This document shows positions 52,892 to 53,578 of a DNA stretch of 53,578 nucleotides, piece after piece. A program made the translations under genes and the position numbers. Below the pieces are notes generated by a model. The model saw only the letters and a list, made by a program, of their open reading frames with translations. It was not told where the DNA came from and made no database searches. Source of the DNA: a virus (taxonomy: Duplodnaviria; Caudoviricetes). The stretch is from IMG/VR virus record IMGVR_UViG_3300040816_000922, positions 1 to 53,578 of that record; one strand, written 5' to 3'. Numbering within the stretch: the first letter of the stretch is position 1; each line of letters starts with the position of its first letter.

Positions 52892-53035
52892 CCCGGGAGG
52901 GAGCGCGGTGTTTGCGAAGGATTTTCTTGAGCAGAACGTTGAGGCTGTTTTATTTGCTGCCGAGCACGTGCTGATCCATAAGGTTCGAGAGAGTCAGCCG
53001 AATGTTTTTTGTTTGATATGCAAAACAAACAAGAG

Positions 53036-53070
53036 AAAAAGTTGCTTTGAGATCGAATCGGTTTCATTAT
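53036..53070 (+). promoter_or_regulatory. Promoter with 19-bp operator (copy C), driving the recombination/int operon
   Basis: TTGCTT-TGAGATCGAATCGGTTT-CATTAT. Confidence 0.78.
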
Positions 53071-53100
53071 CCTCTTCAGTGATGGAGCATGGAGATGGTG

Positions 53101-53578
53101 ATGGAACCGCAGACCCAGGCACTTGGTGTATACCAGGGCATTCACAAGGCAGCAGAGATCCTTGCAAAGAAGGGAATAGGTAAAAACCAGCGCAACCAAG
53201 CGCAGAATTTTTCCTATCGAGGTATCGATGACATCCTAAATGCCGTGTCCTCGGCGCTTGTCGAAGCACGGCTTGTCATCCTCCCTGAAATCGAAGACGC
53301 AGAAATTGTCACCCTGCAAAACGAAAAGCAGGGGCGGCAAGGGTCCTTCACGCAAATTATCTATACGGCAAAGATGGTCGGTCGCTACCGGATTGTTTCG
53401 GTAGACGATGGGTCCAGCCATTGCGTGTCGGTCCCGGCGCATAGCTTCGACATGAGCGACAAGAGCATCAACAAAGCCTTGTCCGCTGCCTATAAATATA
53501 TGTGCGTTCAGGTGTTCAGCATTCCCCTCGAAGGGATGGAAGACCAGGACGCAGACCACATCGAGCCCTCCCCCCAGC
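53101..53578 (+). CDS. erf: ERF-family annealase, 5' part (continues at 1-436; absent from the ORF track)
   Basis: GGAG RBS; MEPQ..VYQGI..GIGKNQRNQAQNFSYRGIDDILNAV, the typical ERF N-terminus. Confidence 0.85.
   Translation, partial: MEPQTQALGVYQGIHKAAEILAKKGIGKNQRNQAQNFSYRGIDDILNAVSSALVEARLVILPEIEDAEIVTLQNEKQGRQGSFTQIIYTAKMVGRYRIVSVDDGSSHCVSVPAHSFDMSDKSINKALSAAYKYMCVQVFSIPLEGMEDQDADHIEPSPQ
53331..53578. repeat. Direct terminal repeat copy 2
   Basis: Identical to 1-248. Confidence 0.97.

Noticed and set aside
52863-53183. 106-aa ORF after the repressor
   Set aside because: It runs through promoter/operator C and overlaps erf; a shorter GTG-started product is possible but unsupported

Overview
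This window is a complete, circularly assembled genome of a temperate, podovirus-like tailed phage. Positions 1-248 are repeated exactly at 53331-53578, giving a unit length of 53,330 bp. The attP matches the 3' half of a tRNA-Gly(GCC), which points to a gammaproteobacterial host. Modules: (i) + strand recombination/lysogeny operon across the contig junction (ERF annealase, YqaJ exonuclease, SSB, CsrA-like protein, tyrosine integrase, attP, MazG, Rmf-like); (ii) a ~35 kb - strand morphogenesis block (TerS, TerL, portal, scaffold, P22-type capsid, adaptors, S74-chaperoned tail fibre, 3TM holin, tail tip, ejection proteins including a ~2256-aa polyvalent protein); (iii) + strand early/anti-defence cassettes with ardC; (iv) a lysis/HNH cassette; (v) - strand replication genes (helicase, primase, Ref, dATP/dGTPase, nucleases) and an HTH repressor. 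The most striking observation is two small genes with their own RBS hidden in the +1 frame inside the giant ejection-protein gene, each directly after an effector-like domain (DdrB-type ParB; HExxH zincin). This suggests a nested effector/immunity system. Also notable: an apparent single-chain tandem CsrA, a 19-bp operator in three promoters, and a structured ~290-nt RNA leader. Family names come from motif recognition by eye, not database searches.
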